Numbered from the whole stretch's first letter, positions 40,025 through 51,615 are shown. The stretch: 63,953 bases of DNA, filler included, from Acidimicrobiia bacterium (GCA_046759765.1; 7 parts of 7 records of this genome joined end to end with filler, not necessarily neighbours in it); one strand, 5' to 3'. The notes: a model not told the origin generated them from the letters alone. Translations and numbers: made by a program.

Positions 40025-40124
40025 NNNNNNNNNNNNNNNNNNNNNNNNNNNNNNNNNNNNNNNNNNNNTTAATTAATTAANNNNNNNNNNNNNNNNNNNN
40101 NNNNNNNNNNNNNNNNNNNNNNNN
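40025..40124. other. Artificial contig linker
   Basis: N run containing TTAATTAATTAA. Confidence 0.99.
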
Positions 40125-40364
40125 CTCTATATCGAGATCACGACGATGAATCAGAAGCTCGTGACCAAGAAGAACCGCAAGGTTCGGACGCTGCGGGAGC
40201 TTTATCCGGACGTCCGGTGCAAGGTGTTCTACCAACGTGACTACCTCCACCTACTACACCGATACGGGCTCAATGAGGACGAGGATGACCAGGAACTTCC
40301 TCCGCTCACGCGTCTCCCAGGCCCGCCGCAGGTCACTCCCGACGATGAGGCGAGCGTTTCCTGA
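40125..40364 (+). CDS. Conserved hypothetical protein, C-terminal fragment (possible PD-(D/E)XK-like domain)
   Basis: LYIEITTMNQKLVTKKNRKVRTLRELYPDV; frame is open from the contig start. Confidence 0.7.
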   Translation, partial: LYIEITTMNQKLVTKKNRKVRTLRELYPDVRCKVFYQRDYLHLLHRYGLNEDEDDQELPPLTRLPGPPQVTPDDEASVS

Positions 40365-40379
40365 GGAGAGTCGGTTGCC

Positions 40380-41414
40380 CTAAAGCTCGTACCCCGGCCA
40401 GATACGCTCGGAAAGCAGCCGCTTCTTCGTGTCGTCATCACAGAAGGCGGCTGCGACCGCGTGCTCGGTTACGGTGAGAAAATCTGCTCGACTGAAGCCC
40501 TGGTGAGAAGCCAGCAGCTCAAACTCGGTAACCATGTCCGTTCCGCTCATGAGCCGATTGTCAGTGTTGATCGTCACGACGAAGCCAGATCGATGGAGGA
40601 GACCCACCGGGTGGTCATCGCCAGTCGGCACCGTGCCGGTGTGAATCTCAGATAGCAAGCAGATCTCTAAGGCGATCTGCTCCGCCCGTACCAAGCTCGC
40701 GGTCGGGCCGCAGATTCCGATCGAGTTCTCTGCAACGACGCAATCCTCCACAACTCGCACTCCATGGCCCAATCGATTCGCTCCGCTGTCGAGAGCTCCG
40801 GCGATGCTCTCAATGCCGTCTCCTTCGCCGGCGTGGATTGTCAGGCCCAGCGATCCGCGAGCTGCCGTCTGGCAGGCGGCACGATGATCCGACGCGGGGT
40901 ACCCGCGCTCCGGGCCAGTCAGGTCGAAACCTACGACGCCGTCGTCACGGAACTCGACGGCCAGCTCAGCCGTCTGGAGCGAGTTGGGGCGGTCTCGCAT
41001 CGCGGCCAGCACCAATCGCACCTCCACCCCGGTCTCGGCAGAACCCTGCATGAGGCCGTCTAGCACCGCAAGGACGATCTGCTGTCCGGTCAGACCGCGG
41101 CTGCTGTGCAGAGAAGGAGCAAAACGCGGTTCCGCGTAGACGACGCCCGACGCCGCGTAATCGAGGACGGCCTCATAGGCCACCCGGCGAAGAGCCGACT
41201 CGGTCTGCATGACCGCCGTCGTGTGAACAAACGCCTCGAGGTAGGTCTCGAGAGATCCAGCCCGACTCTGCAGGAACCACTCGGCAAGCTCCGGCGGTGT
41301 CACCGCCGGCAGACCCTCGTAGGATTGCGCAGAAGCCAGGTCGAGAACGGTCTCGGGTCGAAGGCCCCCGTCGAGATGGTCATGAAGAAGAACCTTGGGC
41401 AGGTCACGCAACAT
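40380..41414 (-). CDS. add: Adenosine deaminase
   Basis: LPKVLLHDHLDGG, TIHAGE, RLGHG, INTDNRLMS. Start ATG 41414. Confidence 0.95.
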   Translation of the reverse strand: MLRDLPKVLLHDHLDGGLRPETVLDLASAQSYEGLPAVTPPELAEWFLQSRAGSLETYLEAFVHTTAVMQTESALRRVAYEAVLDYAASGVVYAEPRFAPSLHSSRGLTGQQIVLAVLDGLMQGSAETGVEVRLVLAAMRDRPNSLQTAELAVEFRDDGVVGFDLTGPERGYPASDHRAACQTAARGSLGLTIHAGEGDGIESIAGALDSGANRLGHGVRVVEDCVVAENSIGICGPTASLVRAEQIALEICLLSEIHTGTVPTGDDHPVGLLHRSGFVVTINTDNRLMSGTDMVTEFELLASHQGFSRADFLTVTEHAVAAAFCDDDTKKRLLSERIWPGYEL

Positions 41415-41431
41415 CGGCGGGAATTTAGCCG

Positions 41432-41911
41432 TCAGGCCGCGGCCGGTTCCTTCCACCAGCGCCGTTCGACGATCGGCTCGCCGTAGAGAAACGATTTAAC
41501 AGTCTCACCGGGAACGAACCCGTGGGCCTCATAAAAGGCCTCCGCCGATCGAGCTCCCAGGAGCACATCGCTGGTCACCGGAAGGCTGGGGTCTATGTGC
41601 GCCACCTGTTCGAGGAGCATCGAACCAGCTCCCCGCCCTCGATCGCCCGAGCGGACGTACAGAGCGCCCAGCACGATCCGCTCGTCCTCGATAAAGGCCT
41701 CGGCGAACGCGATCGGATCCTCAGGATCGACGACCAGGAACATCGGATGGTCCTCCCATCGGTGGTGCATTGCCCGGTCGGAGTAGGTGTGAGCCAGGAC
41801 GGCCCTAATCGTGTCCGGCTTCAGCAAGGGTGCGTAGGTGTCCCACCAGGCTCGGGCAGCAATGTCGGCTACCGCTTCGAGATCCTGTGGCTCCGCCCCG
41901 CGAACATCCAC
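41432..41911 (-). CDS. GNAT family N-acetyltransferase
   Basis: AWWDTY, ALYV...RGRGAGSMLL, AFYEAHGF. Start set at GTG 41911. Confidence 0.88.
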   Translation of the reverse strand: MDVRGAEPQDLEAVADIAARAWWDTYAPLLKPDTIRAVLAHTYSDRAMHHRWEDHPMFLVVDPEDPIAFAEAFIEDERIVLGALYVRSGDRGRGAGSMLLEQVAHIDPSLPVTSDVLLGARSAEAFYEAHGFVPGETVKSFLYGEPIVERRWWKEPAAA

Positions 41912-41999
41912 GACTCCGAACCTAGCCCCCTTCCAGGGGGAGTGGCGGCGCACTGGTATGCTCCCGCGGCTCCCGACCGCCTCAGGAGGAAGGCCGGAC

Positions 42000-43139
42000 G
42001 TGGATACGAGCGCACCCGGTCGTCCCCGACGTCAGACGCTCGGCCGGGTAGTTCTCGTCGTTGTACTCCTCTACTTCTTTCTCGCGGGAGTCAAAGCACT
42101 CGAAGAGGGCATCGAAGCCTTCGGGGCCGGGTTTACCGATGCACTCTTTGAGGGCACCTCCAACCCGCTCGCCGCTCTGTTCGTAGGTGTACTCGCCACG
42201 GTCCTAGTGCAGTCCTCCTCGGTCACGACCGCCACAATCGTGGGACTGGTGGGAGCCGGAGCTATTTCAGTAGAGACGGCAGTCCCGATGGTGATGGGAG
42301 CCAACATCGGTACGACAGTTACCAACACGCTGGTTTCACTCGGACACGTTCGGAAGAGCGAGGAGTTTCGGAGGGCCTTCGCCGGAGCAACCATGCACGA
42401 CTTCTTCAATGTGATGGCCGTCATCGTGCTGCTACCTCTGCAAGTGGCAACTGGATTTCTTTCCAAGGGCGCAGCCGAGGTTGCCGGGTTGCTCCGCGGA
42501 AGGATCGAGCTCGGTCCGGCGCCGGACAGCCCGATCAAGTCCGCCGTGAAAGCGCCGGTTTCGTGGGTTCAGGGCGTGTTGGAGGACTTGGGTGCGAGCT
42601 CGGAGGTGGCCGGCATCATCCTGCTACTGACGGGTGTCGGCCTCATCTTTGTCTGCCTCTTCTTCATTACGAGGAACATGCGCGCCCTGCTCGCCGGTCG
42701 GATCGAGCGTTCGATGAATGCCGTGCTGGCCAGTGGCGCAGGCATCGCAGCAATGGGCGTCGGCCTGGTGATAACCGTTTCGGTACAGAGCTCGAGCATC
42801 ACCACCTCGATGTTGATTCCCCTGATCGCATCCGGCGTTCTGCTGCTCGAGAACGCCTATCCGATCACGCTCGGAGCGAACCTCGGAACAACTGTGACCG
42901 CTCTGCTCGCATCGCTGGCAGCCACCGGTCCGGCGGCACTGGTCGTAGCTCTAAGCCACACATTGTTCAATCTGGTGGGGATCATTGTCTTCTATCCCAT
43001 TCGACTCCTACGCCAACTACCCCTGAGATTGGCAAGAGGGCTAGCTGACGTGGCGATCGCGCGAAAGAGGTGGGCCGCTGTGTACGTCGTAGGAGGATTC
43101 ATCGTCGTACCCTTGGTAGGGCTGCTGCTGCTCAGGTGA
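42000..43139 (+). CDS. Na+/phosphate cotransporter (NptA / NaPi-II family)
   Basis: Repeated VQSSSVTT/VQSSSITTS and GANIGTT/GANLGTT motifs, plus MHDFFN. GTG 42000 follows AGGAGG. Confidence 0.93.
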   Translation: MDTSAPGRPRRQTLGRVVLVVVLLYFFLAGVKALEEGIEAFGAGFTDALFEGTSNPLAALFVGVLATVLVQSSSVTTATIVGLVGAGAISVETAVPMVMGANIGTTVTNTLVSLGHVRKSEEFRRAFAGATMHDFFNVMAVIVLLPLQVATGFLSKGAAEVAGLLRGRIELGPAPDSPIKSAVKAPVSWVQGVLEDLGASSEVAGIILLLTGVGLIFVCLFFITRNMRALLAGRIERSMNAVLASGAGIAAMGVGLVITVSVQSSSITTSMLIPLIASGVLLLENAYPITLGANLGTTVTALLASLAATGPAALVVALSHTLFNLVGIIVFYPIRLLRQLPLRLARGLADVAIARKRWAAVYVVGGFIVVPLVGLLLLR

Positions 43140-43143
43140 AGTA

Positions 43144-43818
43144 ATGGTTAGAGAATTCTTCCGAGGTACGGCTACCGAGGGTCTTGACAACATCGAGTCT
43201 CTCATCTCGGACATGTTTTCGGAGAGCCGTCATACGTTCGACACCGCAGCCGCGGCGGTCTTTGGCGGAGCAGACCCAGCCACAATTGGAGATGACATAC
43301 GTACTACCGACAGCAGGATCAACGAGCTCGAGCGTGAGGTGAGGCGCGAACTCGTCGTACACGCCTCGGTCCACGGCGCTTCGGCCGATGTACCCAGCAT
43401 CATGATCTATATGAACGTCGTGAAGGACATCGAGCGCATCGGCGACTACTCCAAGAACATCTACGACCTCGCCGATCAGGGCGTTGACCTGACATCGGGC
43501 CCCGATCACGATGAGCTGCTGTCTTACCGCGATCGTATTTCGAGCCTCATCTCGGAGGTCGCGGCGACCTTCAGCCGGCGGGATACCACCGGAGCACACG
43601 AGCTCGCTAACGAGGGAGACGGGCTGCTCGACGAGTTCGACAATCACATCAGCACGCTCGTTAACTCCGAAGCAACTGCCAAGCAGGCCGTTCCCCGTGC
43701 GTTGCTGTACCGCTACGTGAAGCGAATCGTGGCCCATCTCCTCAACGTTCTCTCCGCCGTGACCATGCCAGTGGACCAGCTCGACTACTACGACGAAGAC
43801 CGCGAGACAAGGGGATAG
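43144..43818 (+). CDS. PhoU-domain protein
   Basis: DSRINELEREVRREL and KDIERIGDYSKNI; follows the Na/Pi transporter. Confidence 0.9.
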   Translation: MVREFFRGTATEGLDNIESLISDMFSESRHTFDTAAAAVFGGADPATIGDDIRTTDSRINELEREVRRELVVHASVHGASADVPSIMIYMNVVKDIERIGDYSKNIYDLADQGVDLTSGPDHDELLSYRDRISSLISEVAATFSRRDTTGAHELANEGDGLLDEFDNHISTLVNSEATAKQAVPRALLYRYVKRIVAHLLNVLSAVTMPVDQLDYYDEDRETRG

Positions 43819-43845
43819 CCCGGCTACGTCACTAAATTCGCTTCC

Positions 43846-44244
43846 ATGAGCGAAGTTCCACAAACCGAAGCCGAGTGGCGAGCCAAGCTCAGCCCGGATG
43901 AGTACCGGATCCTGCGTGAAGCCGGGACCGAACCGGCTTTCACGGGCAAGTACTGGCGGAGCAAGACTCCAGGCACCTATCTGTGTCGGGGTTGTGGCGA
44001 GGCCCTGTTTCGGTCCAATACCAAATACGAGTCAGGTACCGGTTGGCCCAGCTTCTGGGAGCCGATAGAACAGGATCGTGTATCTAGAGAGTCCGACCAG
44101 TCGTTTGGGATGGTTAGAACCGAGGTGAACTGTGGCAGATGCGGCTCGCATCTCGGGCACGTCTTTACGGACGGACCAAGGCCCACCGGACTCCGCTACT
44201 GCATCAACTCGGCGTCGCTCGAGCTGAAGCCCGACAACGAGTGA
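43846..44244 (+). CDS. msrB: Peptide-methionine (R)-S-oxide reductase MsrB
   Basis: GTEPAFTG, CRGC, SGTGWPSF, CGSHLGHVF.DGP, RYCINS. Confidence 0.98.
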   Translation: MSEVPQTEAEWRAKLSPDEYRILREAGTEPAFTGKYWRSKTPGTYLCRGCGEALFRSNTKYESGTGWPSFWEPIEQDRVSRESDQSFGMVRTEVNCGRCGSHLGHVFTDGPRPTGLRYCINSASLELKPDNE

Positions 44245-44286
44245 CTGCTTCCGGCTGGTAACCTCAAGGTAGTCCCGGCGACTGCC

Positions 44287-44465
44287 GGGATTACCCGAGA
44301 TCCCGAGCGGGAGAGCCGCACCGCGGCGCCGAAGGAGCAACAGCCCCGGAAACTCTCAGGCAAACGGACCGCTCGGGGAAGGTGAAACTGGAGAGCGGAG
44401 CTGAAGGCTCCCACCGAAGGGGAAAGCCCGTCAGGGTGAATCTCTCAGGTACGCGGACAGTGGGG
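44287..44465 (+). promoter_or_regulatory. Tandem glycine riboswitch
   Basis: Two aptamers of the form GGAGAG...CCGAAGG...CTCTCAGG...GGAC (about 44302-44377 and 44387-44461). The leader TTACC can pair with the linker GGTGA. Directly upstream of gcvT. Confidence 0.96.
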
Positions 44466-44486
44466 CCCAATCCGACCGCGAGAGAG

Positions 44487-45596
44487 ATGAACCCAAAGCG
44501 AACCTCGCTCTACGACCTACACATCGAGGCCGGAGCCCGCATGACGGTATTTGCGGGCTACGAAATGCCGGTTCGCTATGAGCCGGGCACGATCTCGGAG
44601 CACCTCCATACCCGCACCGAGGCCAGCCTCTTTGATGTAAGTCACATGGGCGTAATCGAGATCCACGGACCCGATCGCGCCCCGGCCCTGGAGCGCCTGG
44701 TCCCTTCCGATGTCTCCGGACTCGCTACGGACAGACTGCGCTACACCTTCTTCACCAACGAACAGGGGGGCATCCTCGACGATCTGATTCTGCGTAATGA
44801 GGGAGATCGCCTGGTTCTGGTCGCCAACGCGGCGCGGAAGCAAGATGACCTGGGCCACTTGCAGCTCTCGCTCGAGGGCTCGGCTCAACCCATCGCTCGA
44901 AACGATCTCGCCATTCTGGCATTACAGGGACCTAGGTCGGCGATGGCATTGAGCCGGCTCTTTCCTCCGGCATCAGAGCTTCGATTCATGCAGGGGACTC
45001 GCGGCCGGCACAGGGATGGCCAGGTTCTAATCAGCCGGTCTGGTTACACGGGCGAGGACGGATTTGAGCTGATCCTGGATGCCGAGGATGCCCCGAAGAT
45101 TGCCAAAGAGCTCCTCGCTCAACCTGAGGTCGAATGGGCTGGCTTGGGCGCTCGTGACACACTGCGTTTGGAGGCCGGGCTTTGCCTGTATGGGGCTGAT
45201 CTCGACGAGACAACGACACCCGTCGAGGCCGGGCTGGGGTGGGCGATGCAAAAGCGCAGACGCGAGGAGGGTGGTTTCCGCGGCTGGGACGTGATCCGCA
45301 AGCAGCTGGAGCGGGGTCCCGACCGGACCCGCGTCGGGATACTGCCCGAGGGTCGGGCACCGGTGCGCGAAGGAGGCAAGCTGGTGGAATCGGACGGCCG
45401 CACGGTAGGCGAGGTGACGAGTGGCGGATACGGACCCAGCGTGGGGGGACCGGTGGCAATGGGATACGTAGAGGTAGCGGCGTCCGACCCGGAGAGGCGC
45501 CTCGTTGCCATGGTTCGCAAGAAGGAGATCCCGTGCCGAGTTCACGACCTGCCTTTCGTGGCACACAGATACTGGAAAGCGCCGGCCGCATCATGA
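44487..45596 (+). CDS. gcvT: Glycine cleavage system aminomethyltransferase T
   Basis: [54 protein letters not shown]. Start ATG 44487. Confidence 0.97.
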   Translation: MNPKRTSLYDLHIEAGARMTVFAGYEMPVRYEPGTISEHLHTRTEASLFDVSHMGVIEIHGPDRAPALERLVPSDVSGLATDRLRYTFFTNEQGGILDDLILRNEGDRLVLVANAARKQDDLGHLQLSLEGSAQPIARNDLAILALQGPRSAMALSRLFPPASELRFMQGTRGRHRDGQVLISRSGYTGEDGFELILDAEDAPKIAKELLAQPEVEWAGLGARDTLRLEAGLCLYGADLDETTTPVEAGLGWAMQKRRREEGGFRGWDVIRKQLERGPDRTRVGILPEGRAPVREGGKLVESDGRTVGEVTSGGYGPSVGGPVAMGYVEVAASDPERRLVAMVRKKEIPCRVHDLPFVAHRYWKAPAAS

Positions 45597-48436
45597 CCAA
45601 ACAAGAACGTTTCTGGCAACGGCACGTCGGCCCCGGAACGGCTGATACCGATCACATGCTGACCGCCATCGGCCTCGATTCCCTCGAGCAGCTGATCAGC
45701 GAGGCGGTGCCGGAGGCCATCCAAAGCCGGGAAGAGTTGAGCTTGCCATCTCCTCTGACCGAGACGGAGGTACTAGCCGAACTTCGCGGCTTGGCGGATC
45801 AGAACGAGGTGTATACGTCGATGATCGGAATGGGCTACTACGGCACGATCATGCCTGCGGTCCTGCAGAGGAACGTTCTGGAGAACCCGGCTTGGTACAC
45901 GTCCTACACCCCATACCAGCCGGAGATCTCCCAAGGTCGACTGGAGGCACTTCTCAACTTCCAGACGATGGTCTCCGACCTGACGGCGATGGAGATCGCC
46001 AACTCGTCCCTTCTGGATGAAGGTACCGCGGCTGCGGAGGCCATGACGATGTGCCGACGAATCTCCGACCACACCTCGGATGCCTTCTTCGTGGATGCCG
46101 ACTGCCATCCGCAGACCATCGCCGTCCTTCGCACCCGGGCCGAGCCACTGGGGTTGGAGCTCGTGGTCGGCGATCCGATTGAAGACCTGGAACCCGGCGA
46201 GGTCTTCGGGGCCATCTTTCAGTATCCGGGTTCGAGCGGAGAGATCCGCGACTTCCGATCCGCAGTGGAGCGGATACACGTGGGGGGTGGGCTGGCTGTG
46301 TTCGCGGCCGACCTCCTGGCGCTCGTACTGCTGGCTCCGCCTGGGGTGCTCGGAGCAGACGTCGTTGTCGGGTCATCCCAGCGCTTCGGAGTGCCCATGG
46401 GTTTCGGAGGTCCTCATGCCGCTTACTTCGCCACGCTCGAGAAGCACGCTCGATCTATGCCGGGACGCCTCGTAGGGGTTTCGGTCGACAGCGAGGGCCG
46501 TACGGCCCTGAGGCTCGCTCTACAGACCCGCGAACAGCACATCCGACGCGAACGGGCGACCAGCAACATCTGCACCGCGCAGGTTCTGCTGGCGAACCTG
46601 GCCGGGCTGTACGCGACATACCACGGACCCGAAGGCTTGAAGGCGATAGCCGGGCGAGTCCACCGGATGACTGCGGCTCTAGCAGACGGCTTGCGAAGCG
46701 CCGATGTCGAGATAGCGAACCGGTTCTTCTTTGACACGTTGACCGTCCGTCTACCGGGACAAGCGGCCAAGTATCTCGAGAAAGCCCGAGCTCGCAGGAT
46801 CAACCTGAGAGCTATCGACGACGCAACCCTCGGAATCTCACTCGACGAGACCACCCGGCCCGAGCACATCGATGCGTTGTTCGAAGTGTTCGGAGTGGAA
46901 GCGACGGAAGTCGATGTCGCCGCTGACATGAGCGGGATTCCGGAAGGCTTGCGCCGTGAATCCGAGATCCTGACCCATCCGATCTTCTCGCGCTATCGCA
47001 CTGAGACCGAGATGCTCCGTTATCTGAGGCACCTAGCCGATCGTGACTTGGCACTCGATCGCTCAATGATCCCTCTCGGTTCTTGCACCATGAAGCTCAA
47101 CGCAACCACCGAGATGATTCCCATCACCTGGCCCGAGTTCTCGGATCTGCACCCCTTCGCTCCGCTCGACCAGGCATCCGGCTACATGGCTCTGATAGCG
47201 GAGCTCGAGCAGATGCTGGCCGAGATCACTGGCTTCTCGGCAGTTTCGCTCCAGCCCAACGCCGGCTCACAGGGTGAGTACGCGGGACTCTTGGCGATTC
47301 GCCGCTACCACGAGAGCCGAGGGGAGCCTCACCGAGACATCTGCCTGATTCCGGCCTCGGCCCACGGAACCAATCCGGCCAGCGCCATTATGGCGGGCTT
47401 GGAGGTAGTGGTCGTTGCGTGTGACGATGAGGGAAACGTCGGCGTTGACGACCTGAGGCTGCGACTGAAGGAGAACGGCGAGCAAGTTGCAGCGTTCATG
47501 ATCACCTATCCGTCGACGCACGGGGTTTTCGAGGAGAGCATCACCGAGATCTGCGATCTCGTCCATGAGCACGGCGGGCAGGTCTACTTCGACGGAGCCA
47601 ATCTGAACGCGATGGTAGGTATTGCCCGGCCCGGAGACTTCGGAGCTGACGTCGCCCATCTCAATCTGCACAAGACCTTCTGCATCCCACACGGTGGGGG
47701 AGGACCAGGGGTTGGACCCATTGGCGTTGCGGCTCATCTGGAGCCGTTCCTTCCGAACCATCCGCTCGCGCCCGAGGCTGGTCCTGACACGGGTATCGGC
47801 CCGGTGGCATCCGCACCGTGGGGATCAGCGGGGATCCTCCCCATCTCCTGGGCCTACATCCGGCTGATGGGACCAGACGGACTTACCGCTGCCACGCAAT
47901 ACGCGATCCTGGCCGCTAACTATGTCGCCGCCCGGCTGGCGCCGCACTATCCGATCCTCTATGTGGGAGCCCGGGGAAGAGTCGCGCACGAGTGCATCGC
48001 CGACCTTCGCGGCTTCAAGGCATCCGCGGGCGTGACGGCCGAGGACGTGGCGAAGCGGCTCATCGACTACGGCTTCCACGCTCCGACCTTGTCCTTTCCC
48101 GTAGCCGGCACCTTGATGATCGAGCCGACCGAGTCCGAGAGCATGGCGGAGCTTGAGCGCTTCTGCGAGGCGATGATCTCGATCCGCCAGGAGATCGCCG
48201 AGATCTCGGAAGGGGAGGTTGCCTATGAGGACAGCCTCCTCGCCCATGCTCCCCACACCGCCGAGGACCTGATCGCAGGGGACTGGGACCGGCTCTATTC
48301 GCGTGAACGCGCCGCTTTTCCGGTTCCGTCACTCCGCACCGCGAAGTACTGGCCGCCGGTCAGTCGAATCGATGCCGGACACGGTGACCGCAACCTGATG
48401 TGCGCCTGCCCGCCGATCGAGGCCTACTTGGAATAG
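45593..48436 (+). CDS. gcvP: Glycine dehydrogenase (decarboxylating), single-chain P protein
   Basis: [67 protein letters not shown] 45593 overlaps the gcvT stop. Confidence 0.99.
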   Translation: MTKQERFWQRHVGPGTADTDHMLTAIGLDSLEQLISEAVPEAIQSREELSLPSPLTETEVLAELRGLADQNEVYTSMIGMGYYGTIMPAVLQRNVLENPAWYTSYTPYQPEISQGRLEALLNFQTMVSDLTAMEIANSSLLDEGTAAAEAMTMCRRISDHTSDAFFVDADCHPQTIAVLRTRAEPLGLELVVGDPIEDLEPGEVFGAIFQYPGSSGEIRDFRSAVERIHVGGGLAVFAADLLALVLLAPPGVLGADVVVGSSQRFGVPMGFGGPHAAYFATLEKHARSMPGRLVGVSVDSEGRTALRLALQTREQHIRRERATSNICTAQVLLANLAGLYATYHGPEGLKAIAGRVHRMTAALADGLRSADVEIANRFFFDTLTVRLPGQAAKYLEKARARRINLRAIDDATLGISLDETTRPEHIDALFEVFGVEATEVDVAADMSGIPEGLRRESEILTHPIFSRYRTETEMLRYLRHLADRDLALDRSMIPLGSCTMKLNATTEMIPITWPEFSDLHPFAPLDQASGYMALIAELEQMLAEITGFSAVSLQPNAGSQGEYAGLLAIRRYHESRGEPHRDICLIPASAHGTNPASAIMAGLEVVVVACDDEGNVGVDDLRLRLKENGEQVAAFMITYPSTHGVFEESITEICDLVHEHGGQVYFDGANLNAMVGIARPGDFGADVAHLNLHKTFCIPHGGGGPGVGPIGVAAHLEPFLPNHPLAPEAGPDTGIGPVASAPWGSAGILPISWAYIRLMGPDGLTAATQYAILAANYVAARLAPHYPILYVGARGRVAHECIADLRGFKASAGVTAEDVAKRLIDYGFHAPTLSFPVAGTLMIEPTESESMAELERFCEAMISIRQEIAEISEGEVAYEDSLLAHAPHTAEDLIAGDWDRLYSRERAAFPVPSLRTAKYWPPVSRIDAGHGDRNLMCACPPIEAYLE

Positions 48437-48444
48437 ATCGGGCT

Positions 48445-48482
48445 CCCCCTCCCACATGTGTGGGAGGGGGTTGGGGGGAGGG
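48445..48482. repeat. REP-like palindrome downstream of gcvP
   Basis: CCCCCTCCCACA-TG-TGTGGGAGGGGG followed by TTGGGGGGAGGG; same arms as 27834-27858. Confidence 0.7.
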
Positions 48483-48517
48483 CGAGCTGCGTAGCAGCGA
48501 GCGTTAGATTGAGCCCC

Positions 48518-49841
48518 ATGCGCAGAGACGAGCGAGACGCCGCCGAGGGTGCCCTCTTCACGGACATGTACCAGCTGACTATGTCCCAGCTTTACCACCG
48601 CGCGGGCATTCACGAGAAGCCGGCTCTGTTCGAGTTCACTTTCCGCTCCTATCCCGACTACGGAGAGCACCAAGCGGGCTACTGCGTGTTTGCCGGTCTC
48701 GAATGGCTCTTCGACTGGATGGGGGAGGTGGCTTTTGGAGAGAGCGAGATCGACTATCTCCGCAGCCTCCGGGGCAGGACCGGGAGACGACTGTTCGACG
48801 AGGAGTTTCTCGCCTGGCTGTCCGGCCACCCGGGGTTCGATTCGCTGACCTTGGAAGCAGTGGCCGAGGGCAGAGTTGTTCACCCGCACGAGCCGGTCGT
48901 AGTCGTGCGCGGCCCGCTGGCGCATGCGCAGCTGCTTGAGACTCCTCTCCTCAACCACCTGAACTACCAGACCCTGATCGCCACCAAGGCCTCACGAGTA
49001 CACGAAAGCACTCGGCGTGGTCCGGTCCTCGAGTTCGGACTGCGCCGGGCCCCTGATCGAGGGGGGAGTGCAGGCACCCGGGCGGCGGTCATCGGGGGCG
49101 CCGACTTCAGCTCCAATGTGGGGATGTCGAGGATGCTCGAACTCGATCCGAAGGGTACGCATGCGCACAGCATGGTCCAGGTGTTCATGGCACTGGGAAT
49201 GGACGAGCTCGGTGCGTTCAGAGCGTACGCCCAGGCATTTCCCGACGACTGCCTGCTTCTCGTAGACACCATCGACACGTTGGGAAGCGGTCTGCCCAAC
49301 GCAATCACCGTTTTTCAGGAATTACGAGATCAAGGCCACGATCCGGTCGGGATCCGCCTCGACTCCGGCGACCTCGCCTTCCTCAGCATCCAGGCGGCAC
49401 GGATGCTCAACGATGCCGGCTTCACGGACACCACCATCGTCCTTTCGAACCAGCTGGAGGAGCTGAGCATCTGGCAGATCCTGGCCCAGATCGAGGAGGA
49501 GGCTCCGCACTATGGCGTGGATGCCTCGGGTCTCATCTCTCGCCTGAGCTTCGGCGTGGGTTCAAGGCTGATCACATCCACCGGAGCCGGGTACCTCGAC
49601 GGCGTCTACAAGGTTGTGGCAGTGGAGGATGGAAATGCTTGGGTACCGGCGATCAAGATCACTGACAACCCGGAGAAGTCGACCGTCCCCGGGTACAAGC
49701 AGGTTTGGAGGGTTTACGACCAGAGAGGACGGGCGACTGCAGATGTGCTTGCGCTCCGGGATGAGGATATTCAGTCGACCTCGGAGCTCCCGCTCTATCA
49801 CCCGACGGACTACGGCGTGAGACGCCGCCTGACCCGCGACG
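48518..49841 (+). CDS. pncB: Nicotinate phosphoribosyltransferase (3' end truncated)
   Basis: [46 protein letters not shown]. Confidence 0.96.
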
Positions 49842-49941
49842 NNNNNNNNNNNNNNNNNNNNNNNNNNNNNNNNNNNNNNNNNNNNTTAATTAATTAANNN
49901 NNNNNNNNNNNNNNNNNNNNNNNNNNNNNNNNNNNNNNNNN
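49842..49941. other. Artificial contig linker
   Basis: N run containing TTAATTAATTAA. Confidence 0.99.
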
Positions 49942-50273
49942 GCTCCGGTCAGAAACCGGAGACTCAGCGCCAGGGGGAATTGGGAGCCGTCGAGCGTCAC
50001 CAGGATGGCGTTGGCGGTGGCCCCCGCCAGCGCGGCGATCACGAACAGGCGACGGCTGGGAACTATGTCGGGCACGTTGAGGATGGCGAGCCCCATAGCG
50101 CCGACTACGAAGCCGATCTGGACTGCCAGCGTGAGCCCGGCCGTCTGTCCGGCGCTCAGATGCCATTCATCTTGGAGTTGGGGGGCAACTGCCGACGCTG
50201 AGAACCACAGCGTGAGGGCAAACAACTGACCGGCTGCGATGAACGTCAGAGCACGACGAGCATCGGGGTCCAT
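49942..50273 (-). CDS. MFS transporter (3' end truncated)
   Basis: LWFSASAVAP, LTLAVQIGFVVGA, D...SRRLF, LRFLTG. Confidence 0.88.
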
Positions 50274-50306
50274 TGGCGCGACGCTAGCCATTGGAAAGTC
50301 CGGCTC

Positions 50307-50900
50307 TCAGGCTTCGAGCAGCAGCTCCCCGATCTTGTCCTCTAGTGCGGAGGCGAAGATCGCACCGTTCTGGCGGCCGACGACGTTGCCGTCGGCGTCG
50401 ATGAAGATCGTGGTCGGCATCGAGATGCCCTGAAAAGCGCGATAAAGCGAGCCGTCCGGGTCCGCAAAAGTCTCATAGGTGATGCCGGTCCTCGACCGAA
50501 GCTCAATAGCGGCCTCGGGAGATCCCAGTGGAGGAACGTCGCTCTGCGCAACGCCGATGAAAGTAACCGAGTCACCCAGCTTGGCGTGGACCTCTTCGAA
50601 GTCGGGCATTTCGGCGACACAGACAGGGCACCAGGAGGCAAAGAAGTTCAAGACGACCGGAGTGCCGCGGAACTCGGACAGCGTCACCGACTCGCCCTCG
50701 AAGGTCTGGAAGGGAACGTCGGGAGCCGGGTTTTCCTGCGCTCCAGTCGGAGAGCCGTTCGATCCGCTCAGCCCTCCAACCGCAAACAGCGCGATCAAGG
50801 CCACGGCCAGCACGGCACCCGCCAGCGCCCACACTGATGAGCGTCTCTTGGGCTCCCGCTCCGTGGCACGCCTCATCTGTCTCGTTTGGGTTCTGACCAC
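50307..50900 (-). CDS. TlpA/ResA-like thiol-disulfide oxidoreductase, membrane-anchored
   Basis: APD...GTPVVLNFFASWCPVCVAEMP and SMPTTIFID. Confidence 0.93.
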   Translation of the reverse strand: MVRTQTRQMRRATEREPKRRSSVWALAGAVLAVALIALFAVGGLSGSNGSPTGAQENPAPDVPFQTFEGESVTLSEFRGTPVVLNFFASWCPVCVAEMPDFEEVHAKLGDSVTFIGVAQSDVPPLGSPEAAIELRSRTGITYETFADPDGSLYRAFQGISMPTTIFIDADGNVVGRQNGAIFASALEDKIGELLLEA

Positions 50901-50976
50901 TAAACCCTCCTGTCACGCATCCAACGACGAGTCCGGGATTATCAGTCGAGATGTGTCGGGGTTCCGACAGAGCTCC

Positions 50977-51615
50977 TCAACCGGCCAAGCGCTCTCCGGC
51001 CTCCACACGCACACCGAGCGCGTTGTCCGCCGGCGCCAGCGGGCATGACCAGGAGGGATCGTGGACACACGACGGGTGATAGGCGTAGTTGAAGTCAATA
51101 ACGACCCGTTTGCCTTCGTGGCCTAGGTCGGCCCCCTTGGCGGAATCCAGTAGGTAGCGGCCACCGCCGTACGTGCTGTCGCCGTTCGTGGCATCCCGAA
51201 AAGGGAGGAACACCCCGCCGCCGTAGGAATCGAGCCAGAAGAGAGTCAACCGGAACGTTGTCCCGGCATGTTCGAAGTCGGCGGTTCCGAATCGCACGAA
51301 GCGGGTCGCTCCCACGTCGCTGTTGGCCAGGTCGATTTCGGCGGAGGGCACTGGGGCGACCTCGACCACTCTTCTCCACGTGGGGTCGTAGTCGAAGTAG
51401 CTCAAGCCCGTGAATGTGGCCCTGGCGGGCTCGGCCAGAGGGCTCTGGGGGTGGCTTCGGAAGAGCTCGTCCCGAGCTTGCCGCCATTCGTTCCAGGTGG
51501 AACTCCCCGCTCCCTGGCTTATTGCCCGTTCATAGATCTGCTGCACACGGCGTCTGTAGTCCCACAGAGTGAGGGTGGCGAAAGGTTCTTCCACGGCGGC
51601 AGCTCTTCCCGACAC
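50977..51615 (-). CDS. DUF1684 family protein
   Basis: HPQSPL, FLPFRDATNG.STYGGGRYL, DFNYAYHPSC...WSCPLAP, AGE. Confidence 0.92.
   Translation of the reverse strand: MSGRAAAVEEPFATLTLWDYRRRVQQIYERAISQGAGSSTWNEWRQARDELFRSHPQSPLAEPARATFTGLSYFDYDPTWRRVVEVAPVPSAEIDLANSDVGATRFVRFGTADFEHAGTTFRLTLFWLDSYGGGVFLPFRDATNGDSTYGGGRYLLDSAKGADLGHEGKRVVIDFNYAYHPSCVHDPSWSCPLAPADNALGVRVEAGERLAG

Noticed and set aside
43846..44244. Selenocysteine MsrB
   Set aside because: The catalytic motif is RYCINS with TGC; the terminal TGA is at the normal C-terminus.
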